A DNA stretch of 54,565 bases, the filler included, from Perkinsus olseni (lineage: Eukaryota), in the NCBI GenBank assembly GCA_013115125.1. It is 2 parts of 2 records of this genome, joined end to end, with 100 filler letters (N's around TTAATTAATTAA, not from the genome) between each part and the next. Parts side by side here need not be neighbours in the genome. Positions count along the whole stretch, not along the records: positions 1 to 27,271 come from JABANN010000469.1; 1 more part is not named here. One strand, 5' to 3'. Of the stretch, positions 9,541 through 21,111 are shown one piece after another. The position numbers and the translations under genes are program-made. How positions within the stretch are numbered: the stretch's first letter is position 1; each line of letters starts with the position of its first letter. The notes under the pieces are model-generated. The model was given only the letters and a program-made list of their open reading frames with translations. It did no database searches and had not been told where the DNA came from.

Positions 9541-12051
9541 TCAAACTCTCTCAGTGGCCGCCAGTGGATTGCCAGACCATCTGCCCTTCGCACGGCCCTT
9601 GCCCTTTCCCTTGCCGTGCCGTCTATGGTCACCCTGGTCGTGCTGATGCCACGGCCGCGGCCGATGGGGTTGTTCCCGCACAGCCGCAGCCTCCTCCAGA
9701 GCTGCCAGCCGCCTGGCCTCCCTCTCGCTCCTCTCAAATTCTTCCACTAACCGCACAGCTTCCTGCGCTGCCCTCTCCTCCTCCATCACAGCAGCCAACG
9801 CGCTCGGCCGTCTAACGCCAGGCGTCACGTCCATCCCCCAAGAACAGCGATCGTTCGGTCGAGAGCTCGAGGACGACGATGAGCTGCTGCTGGCCCGCTG
9901 CTCTTCGATCACCTCCGACAACCGTTTCTCGCTCCGCTGTTTCGGAGGACTGGCCCACGGACACGATCGTTGCTGGGCTTGGGAGATTCTCTTGCCAGCA
10001 AAGATGAAGTCACCCAAGGTCGGTGTGCGGGGCTGCGGGCCGGAGTCGGACACATCGCTAACAGACCGCTGCCGAGGCGACCGCATTACAGGATCGGGTT
10101 GAGCCCGAGGAGCGGTTGGAGCCACTGGATGAATCGCTCTCGGTGATTTCGCATGCGCCGTCGACTGGACTTCCTTCCATTGATGGCTACCACTAGCCGA
10201 CGCCCGCCTGACACCCTCCGTTATCACCTCTTGCTGCTTCACGACTTTATCAAGCCGTTTCTGCTGACGAATCTCCAGACTCTTCAGCGACCCTCCAACC
10301 CCACAACTCGTCCTCCGTTTATTTTCCTCTGGCTTCTCCTCTGCCACCTCCACTGAAACTTCCTCCCCTTGAGACACAGCCATATGGCGTTCCATATGCT
10401 CAACAATAGCCTCCTTCGAAAGCAGGCCCCCTAGGATGTCCGCTGGCCGCTCGAACGGTCTTCTGTGGAACAGAGAAAGCTCGCCTCTCTCTCGCCGTTC
10501 CACGACACGCTTCAGCAAAGGCGAGAGGCACTTCAACAACCTCTCCACGACATCAGGCGACTTAGCGTGCAAGAGCAAGATATTGCACAGTAAAGTAACA
10601 ACGCAGTAGTCAACTAATAAAGGGAACCTTACAAACCCACAGGCGAGGGGGTCCACAACACACAGCTCATTGGCGGCCTTCAGAGCCGAGCCGATGCCGA
10701 TGCTAGACCGAGCCAGCTGGCATTGGGCCAATACCTGCAAGCCCGGTACTCGACCCGGCGACCCCCTTGGGATGATAGGAAGGTTGGCCTTGACCAAAGC
10801 GACGGCGTGACCGGGTGAACCACTGATGGCTACGGCCTGACCAGCGCCTACCTCTGTTCCGGCGTCCACCCATTGGGTCAAATCCCGCAGGCGACTGGCG
10901 AGTATCCGACCGTCTTCCATCTGGACCAAGCATTGGTCGCCGAAGATGCAGACACTGTGAGCTGTAACGTCAGCTCCGAAGCGATGAGCGCATCTTGCCA
11001 CTAGCGAATGACCACCTTGAAGTTTGGATTCCTTCACAATTGGCAGGTCCGCGGTATAGAGGTCCCCCACAGCCGATAACAGCAATATACGGTTCGAACC
11101 TCGAGGCAGCGCTATTGATACAAGAACAGCACCACTGATGGCCTGCACGGTCCAACCATCATCGCCAGCCTTCCCTTCGGTGGTGGCCTCCACCTTAACC
11201 CTCGTCGGCAAGGGGCACACTCCACCACCCCACACATAGAGCTCCGACCCGTTCCCTCTGAGGGCCGCCGAAAGCGTACCATTGGCGAACACTCGACCCA
11301 CCCCCTTCAGTCGGGAGACTATCTGCGGCTCTACACTGGCCTGGGTGAAATCAACGCCAAGCTGACCGGCAGAATTGTCCCCCCAAGCCCACACCAAGTG
11401 TGTGTCAGCATCCACAGCAAGACAGTGTTTGTCACCAATGGCGATATCGCTACAGGGGCTCACAAAATGCTTCACAATAGCTGGCGTCTTGCACACGTCC
11501 ACATGCAGCGACCGGCCACACTGACCGAACTTGTTACTGCCGGCCAAATAGGTGTGGCCCTCGGCATCGAGGAACATAGAGTTGTCGACAGACGCCAAGG
11601 CCTTCGTTATCGGGACACCACAGAACCGTCCCGGATCGATCAGGACAGGATCTACCCGACTCTGGTCGTCCCCGGTGGCCAGTCGGTAGCCCTGACCGAA
11701 GCCCCAGACCGCGACGTGGCCCAACTCGCACACGCACACTGTGTGGAAGGCGCTGCAGGAGACGGAGGAGGGCACCTCCTCTTTAGGGAGCACCACTTGC
11801 CTTGCTCGGTTCTGGTCAGCATTGTGAGAGAACTGGCCATACCCTAGAGCTAGGTTGGTGGTCTTTCCCCACGTATACAGGGACAGTGAAGAGGTGACAT
11901 CCTCGAACAAAGCAGCTGAGTGCTTGCCGCAGGAGACCACGTCGTCAACCGTCAGCCCCCCTCCGCGGTCCAGGGCATCCAGCGCCCGGATCAGTGGCGA
12001 TGATGGCAAGGGTCCAACGCCCGATTTGCCCTGTGAATCCTCGTTAGCCAT
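9541..12051 (-). CDS. Intronless 836-aa RCC1-repeat protein, IBTK-like (RCC1 propeller, BACK-like helices, low-complexity tail)
   Basis: Repeats LYTWGKTTNLALG, VAVWGFGQGYRLA, YLAGSNKFGQCG, VWAWGDNSAGQLG, LYVWG. Then VPGLQVLAQ...LVDYCVVTLLCN, and C-terminal PW...LSEVIEEQ / SWG...LAAVMEEE motifs as in the IBTK family. Confidence 0.8.
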   Translation of the reverse strand: MANEDSQGKSGVGPLPSSPLIRALDALDRGGGLTVDDVVSCGKHSAALFEDVTSSLSLYTWGKTTNLALGYGQFSHNADQNRARQVVLPKEEVPSSVSCSAFHTVCVCELGHVAVWGFGQGYRLATGDDQSRVDPVLIDPGRFCGVPITKALASVDNSMFLDAEGHTYLAGSNKFGQCGRSLHVDVCKTPAIVKHFVSPCSDIAIGDKHCLAVDADTHLVWAWGDNSAGQLGVDFTQASVEPQIVSRLKGVGRVFANGTLSAALRGNGSELYVWGGGVCPLPTRVKVEATTEGKAGDDGWTVQAISGAVLVSIALPRGSNRILLLSAVGDLYTADLPIVKESKLQGGHSLVARCAHRFGADVTAHSVCIFGDQCLVQMEDGRILASRLRDLTQWVDAGTEVGAGQAVAISGSPGHAVALVKANLPIIPRGSPGRVPGLQVLAQCQLARSSIGIGSALKAANELCVVDPLACGFVRFPLLVDYCVVTLLCNILLLHAKSPDVVERLLKCLSPLLKRVVERRERGELSLFHRRPFERPADILGGLLSKEAIVEHMERHMAVSQGEEVSVEVAEEKPEENKRRTSCGVGGSLKSLEIRQQKRLDKVVKQQEVITEGVRRASASGSHQWKEVQSTAHAKSPRAIHPVAPTAPRAQPDPVMRSPRQRSVSDVSDSGPQPRTPTLGDFIFAGKRISQAQQRSCPWASPPKQRSEKRLSEVIEEQRASSSSSSSSSSRPNDRCSWGMDVTPGVRRPSALAAVMEEERAAQEAVRLVEEFERSEREARRLAALEEAAAVREQPHRPRPWHQHDQGDHRRHGKGKGKGRAKGRWSGNPLAATERV

Positions 12052-12366
12052 GATCGAGGTGAAATTCTCCTACTCAAGGCCAATCCCGATTTTTTCTTGC
12101 ATTTCCTGCAATTATGTCAATTCCGAGAACGCATGGTCCGTGCTGCTTGAGTGTTGGTCGATGCTGCTCTCACCGCCCTTCCCGTGGGGTCCTCCTGCAC
12201 CAGTCGAGAGGAATCTGCATGGTATAACTCTGGATGACCTCATCAAAGTCAACGTCGGTCGGTAACTGCGATCGAGCCTCAGTCAAGGACCCTTCGTAAC
12301 GCACTGCGCCGCCTTCGCCTAGAGGTCCTGGCGTCCTCAAGGAACCGTGTTTTCGTGTAAAAATCA

Positions 12367-15005
12367 ATGGCAGAATCGATTCTGAGTTTCAGATTCACTC
12401 GAGCGGTAGACCTCAGTGCTGGCCTCGTCGATGCTTCAGTCGTGACTGCATGCCTCTGTGTATGGTCCCTTAGGTAAGGAAGGTGCTGTCGGAGGCTCTC
12501 CAACCGGCTCTACCTCCAGCGACTCCGACGATACCCCTCCACGTCCGGCCCTTGGTCGGAATGCCAGCCTGCGAGACCTCCGCAAGGACGAAAAGAAGCT
12601 GGGCAAGGGCAGCTTCGGTGAGGTCCTTTGCGTGAGGATCTCCACCGACCCCTCGGGTGAGCCAGCAACGGTCACTGCCGCTGTAACCTTCCGCCAGGCC
12701 GCCTGTACGCTTTGAAGAGCCTTCGCAAGCGCGACGTGGAGCAGGGGCAGTTGTCTGGTACGCCCCAGTCCGCATCAAAGTCTCTTCCCGGTACCATTCA
12801 GGTCAAGTGGAGCGGGAGATCTCGGTGCAATCCCGACTACCAGCCCATCCTAACATACTCAGACTCTACTCTCACTTCGAGGACAGGGAGTACGTCTACC
12901 TTCTACTGGAGTACTGTGCCAAAGGTCGGACGATGCTCCCCTCGAGTCGTGTGGAGGACTACCATAGGTGAACTGTATCACCTTCTCCGAACGCAGCATA
13001 AGCGCCGATTTCCCGTGGAAAGAGCCGCCAGGTAGGCGTCGTGTTGCGCTGATTTTTATGGCCCCTTCCATACCGCACCATTCGTAACTTTCTACCTCCT
13101 CTTTCACGTGTGTTGATAGCTCACCACCGTCAGGTACTTCCTCATGGCCGCCCAAGCAGTTGGCCATCTCCACTCACACGGTATAATCCATCGAGACATC
13201 AAACCAGTACCGCCCTTGCTGAGCCCGCTGCATTCGATTCGCCCCGTCGCAGGAGAACCTGCTCATCACGGCTGATGATACTCTTAAACTGGCGGACTTC
13301 GGCTGGTGTGCTGAGCTGCCCCCACCCGTCTCCGGCCATGCCGGTCACGCCAGACGGTACACGTTCTGCGGAACCCTGGACTACCTATCGCCGGAGATGG
13401 TACCTGATGGTCGCCATGCGCCCAGGGCGTCATTGTATCGCGCTCTAGTAGTTGCTGGGTCGAGGGCACAACCACAGCATCGACCTGTGGGGCCTTGGAG
13501 TCTTGCTGTACGAGTTGCTTGCCGGTCGACCTCCCTTCAATGCTACGGACCAGAGGACCGTCGTCAACAACATCATCAACGTGAAGTACCACAGGCCCGA
13601 GTGTCTTCGCCATCGCTTCTTCCGGCATGCTGTGCAGGCTCACGTTCCCTGCCGACTTCCCCTTAGTGGCCGAGGATCTTGTTCGGCGCCTCCTTGTGAG
13701 AGATGAGGGTGCTCGCCCTACACATCGGCTCGTCCCGACCATCTTCCTTTAGGGCGCCGCTGCACCATTGGTGAAGTGTTGGCCCATCCACTCTGTACCT
13801 CGATCGGGTCCGCTCAACCTGCTTTACCTCGCCGACCAGTGGCACAGCAGGTGGGACCGCCAGGGCTTCAACAGAAACATGCTACGGTCTCTGCAGCCCT
13901 GCTCACCGGCTGCTCTACCAGCAGCTGTAGTCAAGAAGGCACCCTCTCAACAAAGGGATCGAGGCAACAGTCATCCCGGTCTAGTACGAGTCCCGACTTT
14001 GCGGGTAGCGTCTCTATCACCGGCCCCCTCCTCCCAGTGCAGTTGGTCAGTAGACACTGGAGCAGCCAGCCCAAGCTCAGCAGCCGCCGGCCAGGGAGCT
14101 TCCGCACTACCTCCATCGAAGCCTCATTCAGTGCCCTAAAGCGCCTCCCTCTCTCGAACCCCCATCACAGGTGCCCAAGAAAGGCAGTACATTGTTTTCA
14201 CGTTGCGCAGGTTTCTATGGTGGTCGCGTCGCCCTCGGTACAATATCGACCTCTGCCGAGCGGGAACCTGTCGGTGTGTTATCCCCCACAGCGAGGTCGT
14301 CACAATCCCCCCTCGAAGCTGGTCGTTATTCAATCTTCTATCAGGCGTTTCAGCAGTCAAGCCGCCGTCTAGCGGGACCCCTGTAAGCCAGCCCGAGCCC
14401 ATGATGACTCGAAACAGTTCACGGCCAGGTGACAGTGCGAGTGTCCGGTCGCCATCTACCTCAGCCCGAACCCGTCGGAGCCCTCGCCCCCACCTTGGGC
14501 TTGTAAGCGAGCCTTCTCCGCCGTGATTCGTTCACGCCTCTCTGTAGCCAATCCCTTCACGAGTCCTTCGCCGGCAGCATCTGCAGGCCCCCGGTCTATC
14601 ATCGTCGCCTGCAGTCCCCACTGCCGGGCTTCCGTGATGTTGACCAGAGCTCGCTGGTAGTATTATCGCGATGGGGTCAGAGTTACTTCACACGGTGCAG
14701 GTTCTCGATGCCTCCTCCTTTTTGTCGCTGGACGACTCTTTTGTTGCTACTACGGACACCCTAGGCAGTCAGACCAGCGCCCAGCCTCCCCCGAGGGTAC
14801 CAAGCATTCACTGTGTTCCTTGTCCTCACGCCTTCCTGGTCAGTTCGTCGCTGTGCCGGCCGCCTCGGTCGCTGTTGTTGCCCCTCAGCAACGGCCATGG
14901 GGAACAGCGCCCTCCGTGGCTCCAGCAGGGAGTTGGGGGACTGCCCCGACCCTCCTGCCCCACCCTTCGCTGGGACCCTGCGGTAGCTTCCGCCCCACTC
15001 AATGA
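12367..15005 (+). CDS. Aurora-family Ser/Thr kinase with long low-complexity C-terminal tail (start and end approximate)
   Basis: LGKGSFGEV, YALKSL, QVEREISVQSRLPAHPNILRLYSHFED, IIHRDIKPENLL, LKLADFGW, RRYTFCGTLDYLSPEM, DLWGLGVLLYELLAGRPPF. ADFGW and T.CGTLDYL.PEM are Aurora signatures. Confidence 0.88.
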
Positions 15006-15101
15006 AGCATGCCCCTGCAGAGCATTCATTTCCGTAGGCATCTTTGTTGCGCTCCAGGGCTGTCCTTCGAGAGGATGTACTTGGCAGTTTGACGCAGTCC
15101 G

Positions 15102-15415
15102 ATGCTTCGCTCCATGAGAGGCCTCCTCAGACCGACACCGGCATTCTTGAACCGCGTGGGTCCCCCGCTGAGGACCGCTCAGATTGGCCCGACCGTTGGT
15201 GGCAACGGTGGAAGGACCATGGTTCTTTATCTGAGTAATTCAGCCCATGATACGGTTGTTCAAATCTTGCGCTCTCCTCAGCTACGACCATCAACGTCCT
15301 CATCGCCTTCCAAGTGTCCTGGGCGTGCTACCTACAACCGAGATGGAGGAACCTGAGGAGTCAGATGCTGGACAGGTTCCCGTCCCTGCAACCCGATATG
15401 GACGAGAAAGATTAG
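15102..15415 (+). CDS. 88-aa putative mitochondrial single-TM microprotein, 2 exons (intron 15235-15281)
   Basis: Removing a 47-nt GT-AG intron gives MLRSMRGLLRPTPAFLNRVGPPLRTAQIGPTVGGNGGRTMVLYLTTTINVLIAFQVSWACYLQPRWRNLRSQMLDRFPSLQPDMDEKD*: an Arg-rich, acid-free N-terminus followed by one hydrophobic helix. Confidence 0.55.
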
Positions 15416-15585
15416 AGGTGAGCTTTCGTCATGAGTTCGATCGGGCGCCACCAGTCTTTGTCAGGTTGGTACACCTGTCCACCGTAGCACACGCGCAGGC
15501 GTTGATGAGCCTGCGTGAATGATGACACCGTTACCTGTCACTAATACTTCGATCGTATTAGAGAGTACATTTTTACATCTTACTA

Positions 15586-16501
15586 ATGGTTTTGAGTACG
15601 GATATCGCGGGGCTGTCCGTAAGTGCTCGCAGCTACATGTTGGGGGCCCTACTACCGATGTCCCACCCCAATGCCTATAGTGCTGCTACTGGCGGGAGAA
15701 GATTTACGACTGGCTCTGTGCCGCCGCCACCACCACCGCAGTACTATCTACAGCAGTCGAGGCAGTTAGGACATCATCCGCTTCGGGCTCCGGCTGTTGA
15801 CGATCAGAGTAGTGGATCTGGAAGTGCTATGAGGAGGCAACTTTATAAAACTAAAGTAAGCGCTCAATACTCAGCCCAGCGTCAACGTCGCTGTTGTTTT
15901 CAGTTTTGTCGTCACTATATCAGAGGAAGCTGCAAGTACGGTGACCATTGCACCTACGCTCACTGCGTGGAGGAGCTTGCTGCCCGTCCTAACTTTTACA
16001 AGACCAAAATTTGCACGCGTCCGAGTTGCTGTGATCCTGATTGTCAATATGCCCATTCGATATACGAACTACGGGACTTTTATTCGAGGAATGCTGATAA
16101 GATCTGCCCGGCTTTCGTGGTCGGCCAGTGTAATGACCCCTCCTGCCCGATGTCGCACAGTAGGATTCAAGCTAGTGAGATGATATTGGCTCAATGCTTC
16201 AATCTGGTAAACTCCGATGCCGCCAAAGCAAGCCGTTCAATCTCCGACCTACTTCCTTCAAAGGTGTCAGAAGGCACACCCGTCATCTCTGGCCCAGCTG
16301 TTGCCACAAAGCTCGCACCAGAGTTGTCGGAGTCTCTATTGATGTTCTATTCTCAACGAGGTGACTATCGCTATCAACGGTAGAGGGCTTGGCATCATTC
16401 CTTCAGAGCCGATGCTATCACTAGAAGAAGGTCGCCTTGTCGAACCGGTAGTAGGTATCATATCGCATTTTTGGTCGCTGGATGAAGTAAAGGAGTGTTA
16501 A
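15586..16501 (+). CDS. Tandem CCCH zinc-finger RNA-binding protein (3 fingers)
   Basis: LYKTK|FCRHYIRGSCKYGDHCTYAH, FYKTKICTRPSCCDPDCQYAH, KICPAFVVGQCNDPSCPMSH. Introns near 15856-15903 and 16361-16406. The start could instead be ATG 15658. Confidence 0.88.
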
Positions 16502-17303
16502 TCGTATTCAAAAAAGCGTGATCACCATCTTACGCCTGCGGCATTAGCGGCTAAGTACGCTGACGGCGCAAGATCTGTTACATAGCAATACTTGTAACAT
16601 CTTTCATCATCATTGGTGTGACTTGGCTCGCTGCCTTGTTCCGTTTGACCTCAACAAGGGTTATCAAGGCGAGCTGTAGTCTCGTGGCGGGTCCACAGGT
16701 TTCATTATTTGCGGGGCCGCTTTCTCTTTTTTAGAGTATCATTTCTTAGTCATCAGCTCATAGCAAATAGGTAAACCAAATGACAGTATGTTCAGGCTCA
16801 GTCAGACTCGTGACCGCCCAAGATGTTCATGCTCACTTCTTGAGTGCAAACATCGTAGCCGTAGTCGTCCGGTTATAACTCGGTCAACTTTCCCTGCTGT
16901 CATGTCCCATAACTCTTACATTCGATAACACATCTTAACTATTCTACCTATCTATTCTCTATCTATTTTCCACTAGTAGAAGAACATCACAACCAGTGTC
17001 GTTGCTTGGTGGAAAAATATCCATTGCAGGAAGGCCTACTCTCACTACCAGTCGTTTACTATCACTCCCATTTTGTGTTCAGTACTCAATAAATTGACAA
17101 GACACTTCACGGGGGGAAGGAGCATTCAAGAGGAAGATACAGTCCGGTCAAAAAAATTGTCCAGAGCTGATCTTGATGATTTGAAGTATGAACATTCGGA
17201 GACTTCAGAGCTCACTAGATCCGGTGCTGCTCTGATGGGTGCAACTTCCAACTCAAGCCGTGGAGACCTTCAGAAACAGTTTTCCGAGACAGGCACCACA
17301 CAC

Positions 17304-20300
17304 TAGGCCAAATCAGACAGATGGCATGCAAACTTAGACAAATATTTCGGCGAGGTCTGGTGGAAGCACGCTAAGCCTCGGAGTATGTTCAGTCGTAGCC
17401 TAGAGCCCTGCAGAAAGCCTTCATCAACCGTGAGACAGCCTGCATGAGAGCAGAGATTGAGAGCGCTCAATGACCAGCAGTCGGGCTCTCACCTGCGTAA
17501 TGAGCGGCGGCCGAGGGGAAGCTCGCGCCCCGATTTCTCAGGGCTAGTGAGAGTGCTTCGCGTCTTTGCATGGGGGTGGCAGCCGTGATACCCACTAGCT
17601 TCCACAGGTCGCCAGGGGGGTAATCATTCAGAGGGACGGGGAAGACCACCCTTTGAGATGGTCGAAGGACCCACAGGTTTACCAAAGCATTCGCTGTGTG
17701 GCGTGTAACTGGAAAGACAGCTGCGGAGAGGCTGTTAACGCAGTCGAAAGAAGTCGGCCTACTCGGTCTGGAGAGTAAACTCTGTCGTATGCTTTTCGCT
17801 GAATACACCGAAAGGCGCAGCTTGGCTTTTGCCAACGCCCACAGCGCGAGTCCCTGAGGCGCAAGAGTTGGCGAGTAACTGCCCGGGTGTTTAGAGCCGG
17901 GCAAGGACCACCTGCGTCTCAGCAGGTAGTTGTGGCAGCGCGTCCGTGACCCATGAGCTCATCTCCTGAACTTCGTCCAACCGATCTCTCCACGCAAACG
18001 ACCACATGATCGACGCTAAGTTAGCTGCATCTACTGAGGAACAGAGGCATTCTCACATGGCAGTATCGGGAGGGTGTTGCAGCAATGGCGCTCGTCGCCT
18101 ACCTCTTCCGGCTGCCGCGGTGCTGTCTGTGAGAATACCGTTCAAGCGCTGCCATACCCCATCAAAAACACTGAGGATGGTAACTCACAGCCGTGGCTCT
18201 CGCGAACGGGCAGCACTCTAGCGGAGAAATGGCGGCAGAATTCGTGGCTCACCCGTCTGCTGTGCTCCCCTCGACTCTGGCCAATGCAAATGCTAGAACA
18301 CCGAGGTCGTGGAGGTTCATCGTACGCACCGCACACGAGACAGATGTTTTCTCGATCGTGCACCATGGCGGCAACTGACGGCGGCTGATGAACCTTACAC
18401 AACTACGAGTTCGCAGTAGCCCTACAGTGTTGCCTGTTAATTTGTGGATGGCCCAAAGGGCGTTAGCCAGTTCCGCCCCTTCAAAATCGTCCAGCGAAAC
18501 TTGGCCCAGCGGATTTAGGCTTGGCGTGGCGTTTACTATGATAGAGTCGATGCTGCCTTTGCCGCATGCCCAGAGAATGCGGCTTATCTGGCCAGGACTG
18601 AAGCCTTGCCAGCCTCGCCGGTAACACTCATCAACCAGGGTCTCCATGATGGGCGAGTAAGGGGGCAAACCTGTCCGGCCGGTCGAGGCGGGACCTGATG
18701 CAATGGCAATGGATCAAGGTCGCCCATGCTCGCCATCGTTCGCCTAACACCGAGTCAAAGACAGATCCGGAATGTCCACATGCGCTACGGCGGAGAAGCC
18801 TACCTTCCTTCAACGCACCCGAGGGATGCTCAACTAGAGCCGCGAAGAAGTCACTGAGCGTTGCCGTAGTAACTTGCCGGAGATCCTGAGAAACTTAAAT
18901 ATCAGCCGAGCCCGGCAGTCATCGGTAGTGCGAGTAATAGCGATAACAACAGGAATGGGGCCGGCGAAACCCTTTCGTTGAACCCAGCTAGTGTCGCTCC
19001 GAGGCTGTGTGGACTGGATGCGGAAGCCCCAAGCTCACCAGCCTGCCCTGTCTAAGTATCGTGAGCAGCAGCTTGGAGGCCTCTCGGCAACGCCTTTTCC
19101 CGCTCGAAAGGGCGATGCAAACCTCCAAAACCCACAGTGGATCCGCAGAGCCGACCTAAACCACTGAACTGTTGAAGAAGTCGATTGCACAACAGTACTT
19201 CAAGAGACTGTAGCGCTGCATCGACCAAGGCGTCGGGCAACAGGTGAGCAGCTTTCATCCTCCCCAGGGCAACAAGCAGCCGCTGCTCGGGAGGGAGGCC
19301 ACTTCGCTCGTCCAACCGTGCCACGTGTTCGGCAACGGCCGCCACCTCTTGCAGAGGAGCGTGTCGAGTGAAGCGTATCAAAAGCGCCATAGCCTCCACC
19401 TTGGCTGACATCAGACCGTCGGAGGGAAGCGCGAGCACGTCGGACCACTGACCTTTTCGCGGAGTGCCATTGCCGAGCTCTCGTACAACAGCCGCTGTTC
19501 TCTTCCACATCGCTGCGACAAGTCTAAGAAGATGACTCAGCGGGGGATCCGTGGTACTCTATTCGTACTCCGCAGTTCCACTGCTGGTCGCTCCTGCTGA
19601 CGACGGCAAGGCCCCAGTCAGGCAGCTGAGGTCATTAAGGCTCATGAAGGCGACGGCTTCTCGAAGGCCCGGCGCCAACTTATCGAGGCTCAGCCAGATT
19701 GGGAGCTGCACGGAGGCAGTCTACGAGCCTGTCGTGGTTGGACTGTACCTTGCCGTCGTGCAGTTTAAGAGCAGCCCGGACAAGACGCAACATTGACTTG
19801 GCATTCAGAATGCTGAAGTCCATAGCCATCAACGGGTGCGACACTCCGATGGTGATGTCGGTGAGCCTGTCAACTCCGACGCGGGCGCATGCCCACACGA
19901 CACCGCTCATTGCGGGGGCCGTGACCCCAGCCCATGCGCCAGCTTCGCAGTGAGAGACCAGCCGGGCCATGGCCGCTCGATAAGCAGAGGCGAGCGAATG
20001 TCCTAAACAGCAAGCAGGCATGGCAAATGTCCACGTACGGGGAGTCCAGCAGGACACCAGTATCTCACCCGGATCAGAAGGGGCCCAGGCCAGACCCATG
20101 GACTGCAGGAGCGATGCCAGCCGGCTTGGGGTCAGGTTGGCCAGAACCTGGAAGGTTTTCGCTAGAGGGCCACCGAGCAGGCAGCGAATGAGTTTCGAGA
20201 GTGACAGGCCCTGATGGTAGAGGCTTCCTTCACGGTGCTACCAGTCGCTCGCCGTTGATGGCCTGGGCAATTGCCTCGCACAGTGGAGCTCGCCTCCTCC

Positions 20301-21044
20301 GCATCCTGGCCAAAGACCAGCATAGCTCCTCGACACAAGCCTCATACACACAGGGTTCGAGGGCTGCCTGAGAGGGAGTGGGGCTACGATCGCTATACAG
20401 AGGAGGTCAACGCTGCCATCGCATCGAGTAGCAACACGAGGCACCTACGCGGGAAGGGCCGGTCTGTATGGTCTGGAGTGCAGCCGTGATGGCCCAGGCC
20501 GGAGCCTTCTCAGCCTTCCGCAGCTTGACGAGGGCCCGCAGAATTTGGCACACGTCGCGAGGATCGCTCCGGTCGGCACCCCGTGATAAGTGCTGCACCA
20601 CCGTCTCGATGCTTCCCGATGACCAAGGTGATTCATCCATGGCCACGGACTCGAGGAAGAGGGCGGCGTTACGTGGCGAGAAGGCAGAGGCGTTCTCCTG
20701 CGGTTCACAAGCAGTTCTCATCGCCATGAGAGGGCGTTCCCTCCGGCGGGGTGCACGAGGAGCTCTTACGGTCGTGAGTCTATCGAGTTGAGCGAAGAAA
20801 TCCCCATCCCTGTGCTTAGATCGTGCTGCAGCCCATGCAACTTTGCTCAGCCCTTCGGCCGAAAACCTATCAGAATGTCTTGACACACTGGTGCTGTCAT
20901 AATGTAGCCGTTGCTGTACTCTTTCTCAAGTGATAGTAGAGCACCATTGAACAGGGCTCTTAGATCGGGCATCTTTCTGCCTCGCTCCCCGGAGGTTTTG
21001 ACCACACTCAGGAGCCGGACTACCGCTTGGGGAAGCCGCGCCAT
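17304..21044 (-). CDS. Helical-repeat (HPR/OPR/FASTK-like) protein with an internally duplicated module; could instead be two genes split near 19510-19559
   Basis: Repeats FSAEGLSKVAWAAAR, TAPAMSGVVWACARV, FSPGQISRILWACGK, FEGAELANALWAIHKL, LHDLGVLAFALAR. A 43-nt GT-AG intron (~19525-19567) joins the two halves in frame. Confidence 0.65.
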
Positions 21045-21111
21045 CTACAACGAAGTTCAGCTTCGACCTCCGCTCCTCACCAACTGCGTGAACTCAACCG
21101 AAGATGATGCA

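Noticed and set aside
10819-10836. CCGTAGCCATCAGTGG on the minus strand, spliced-leader-like
   Set aside because: Falls in the middle of the RCC1 coding frame (AVAISG); chance match.
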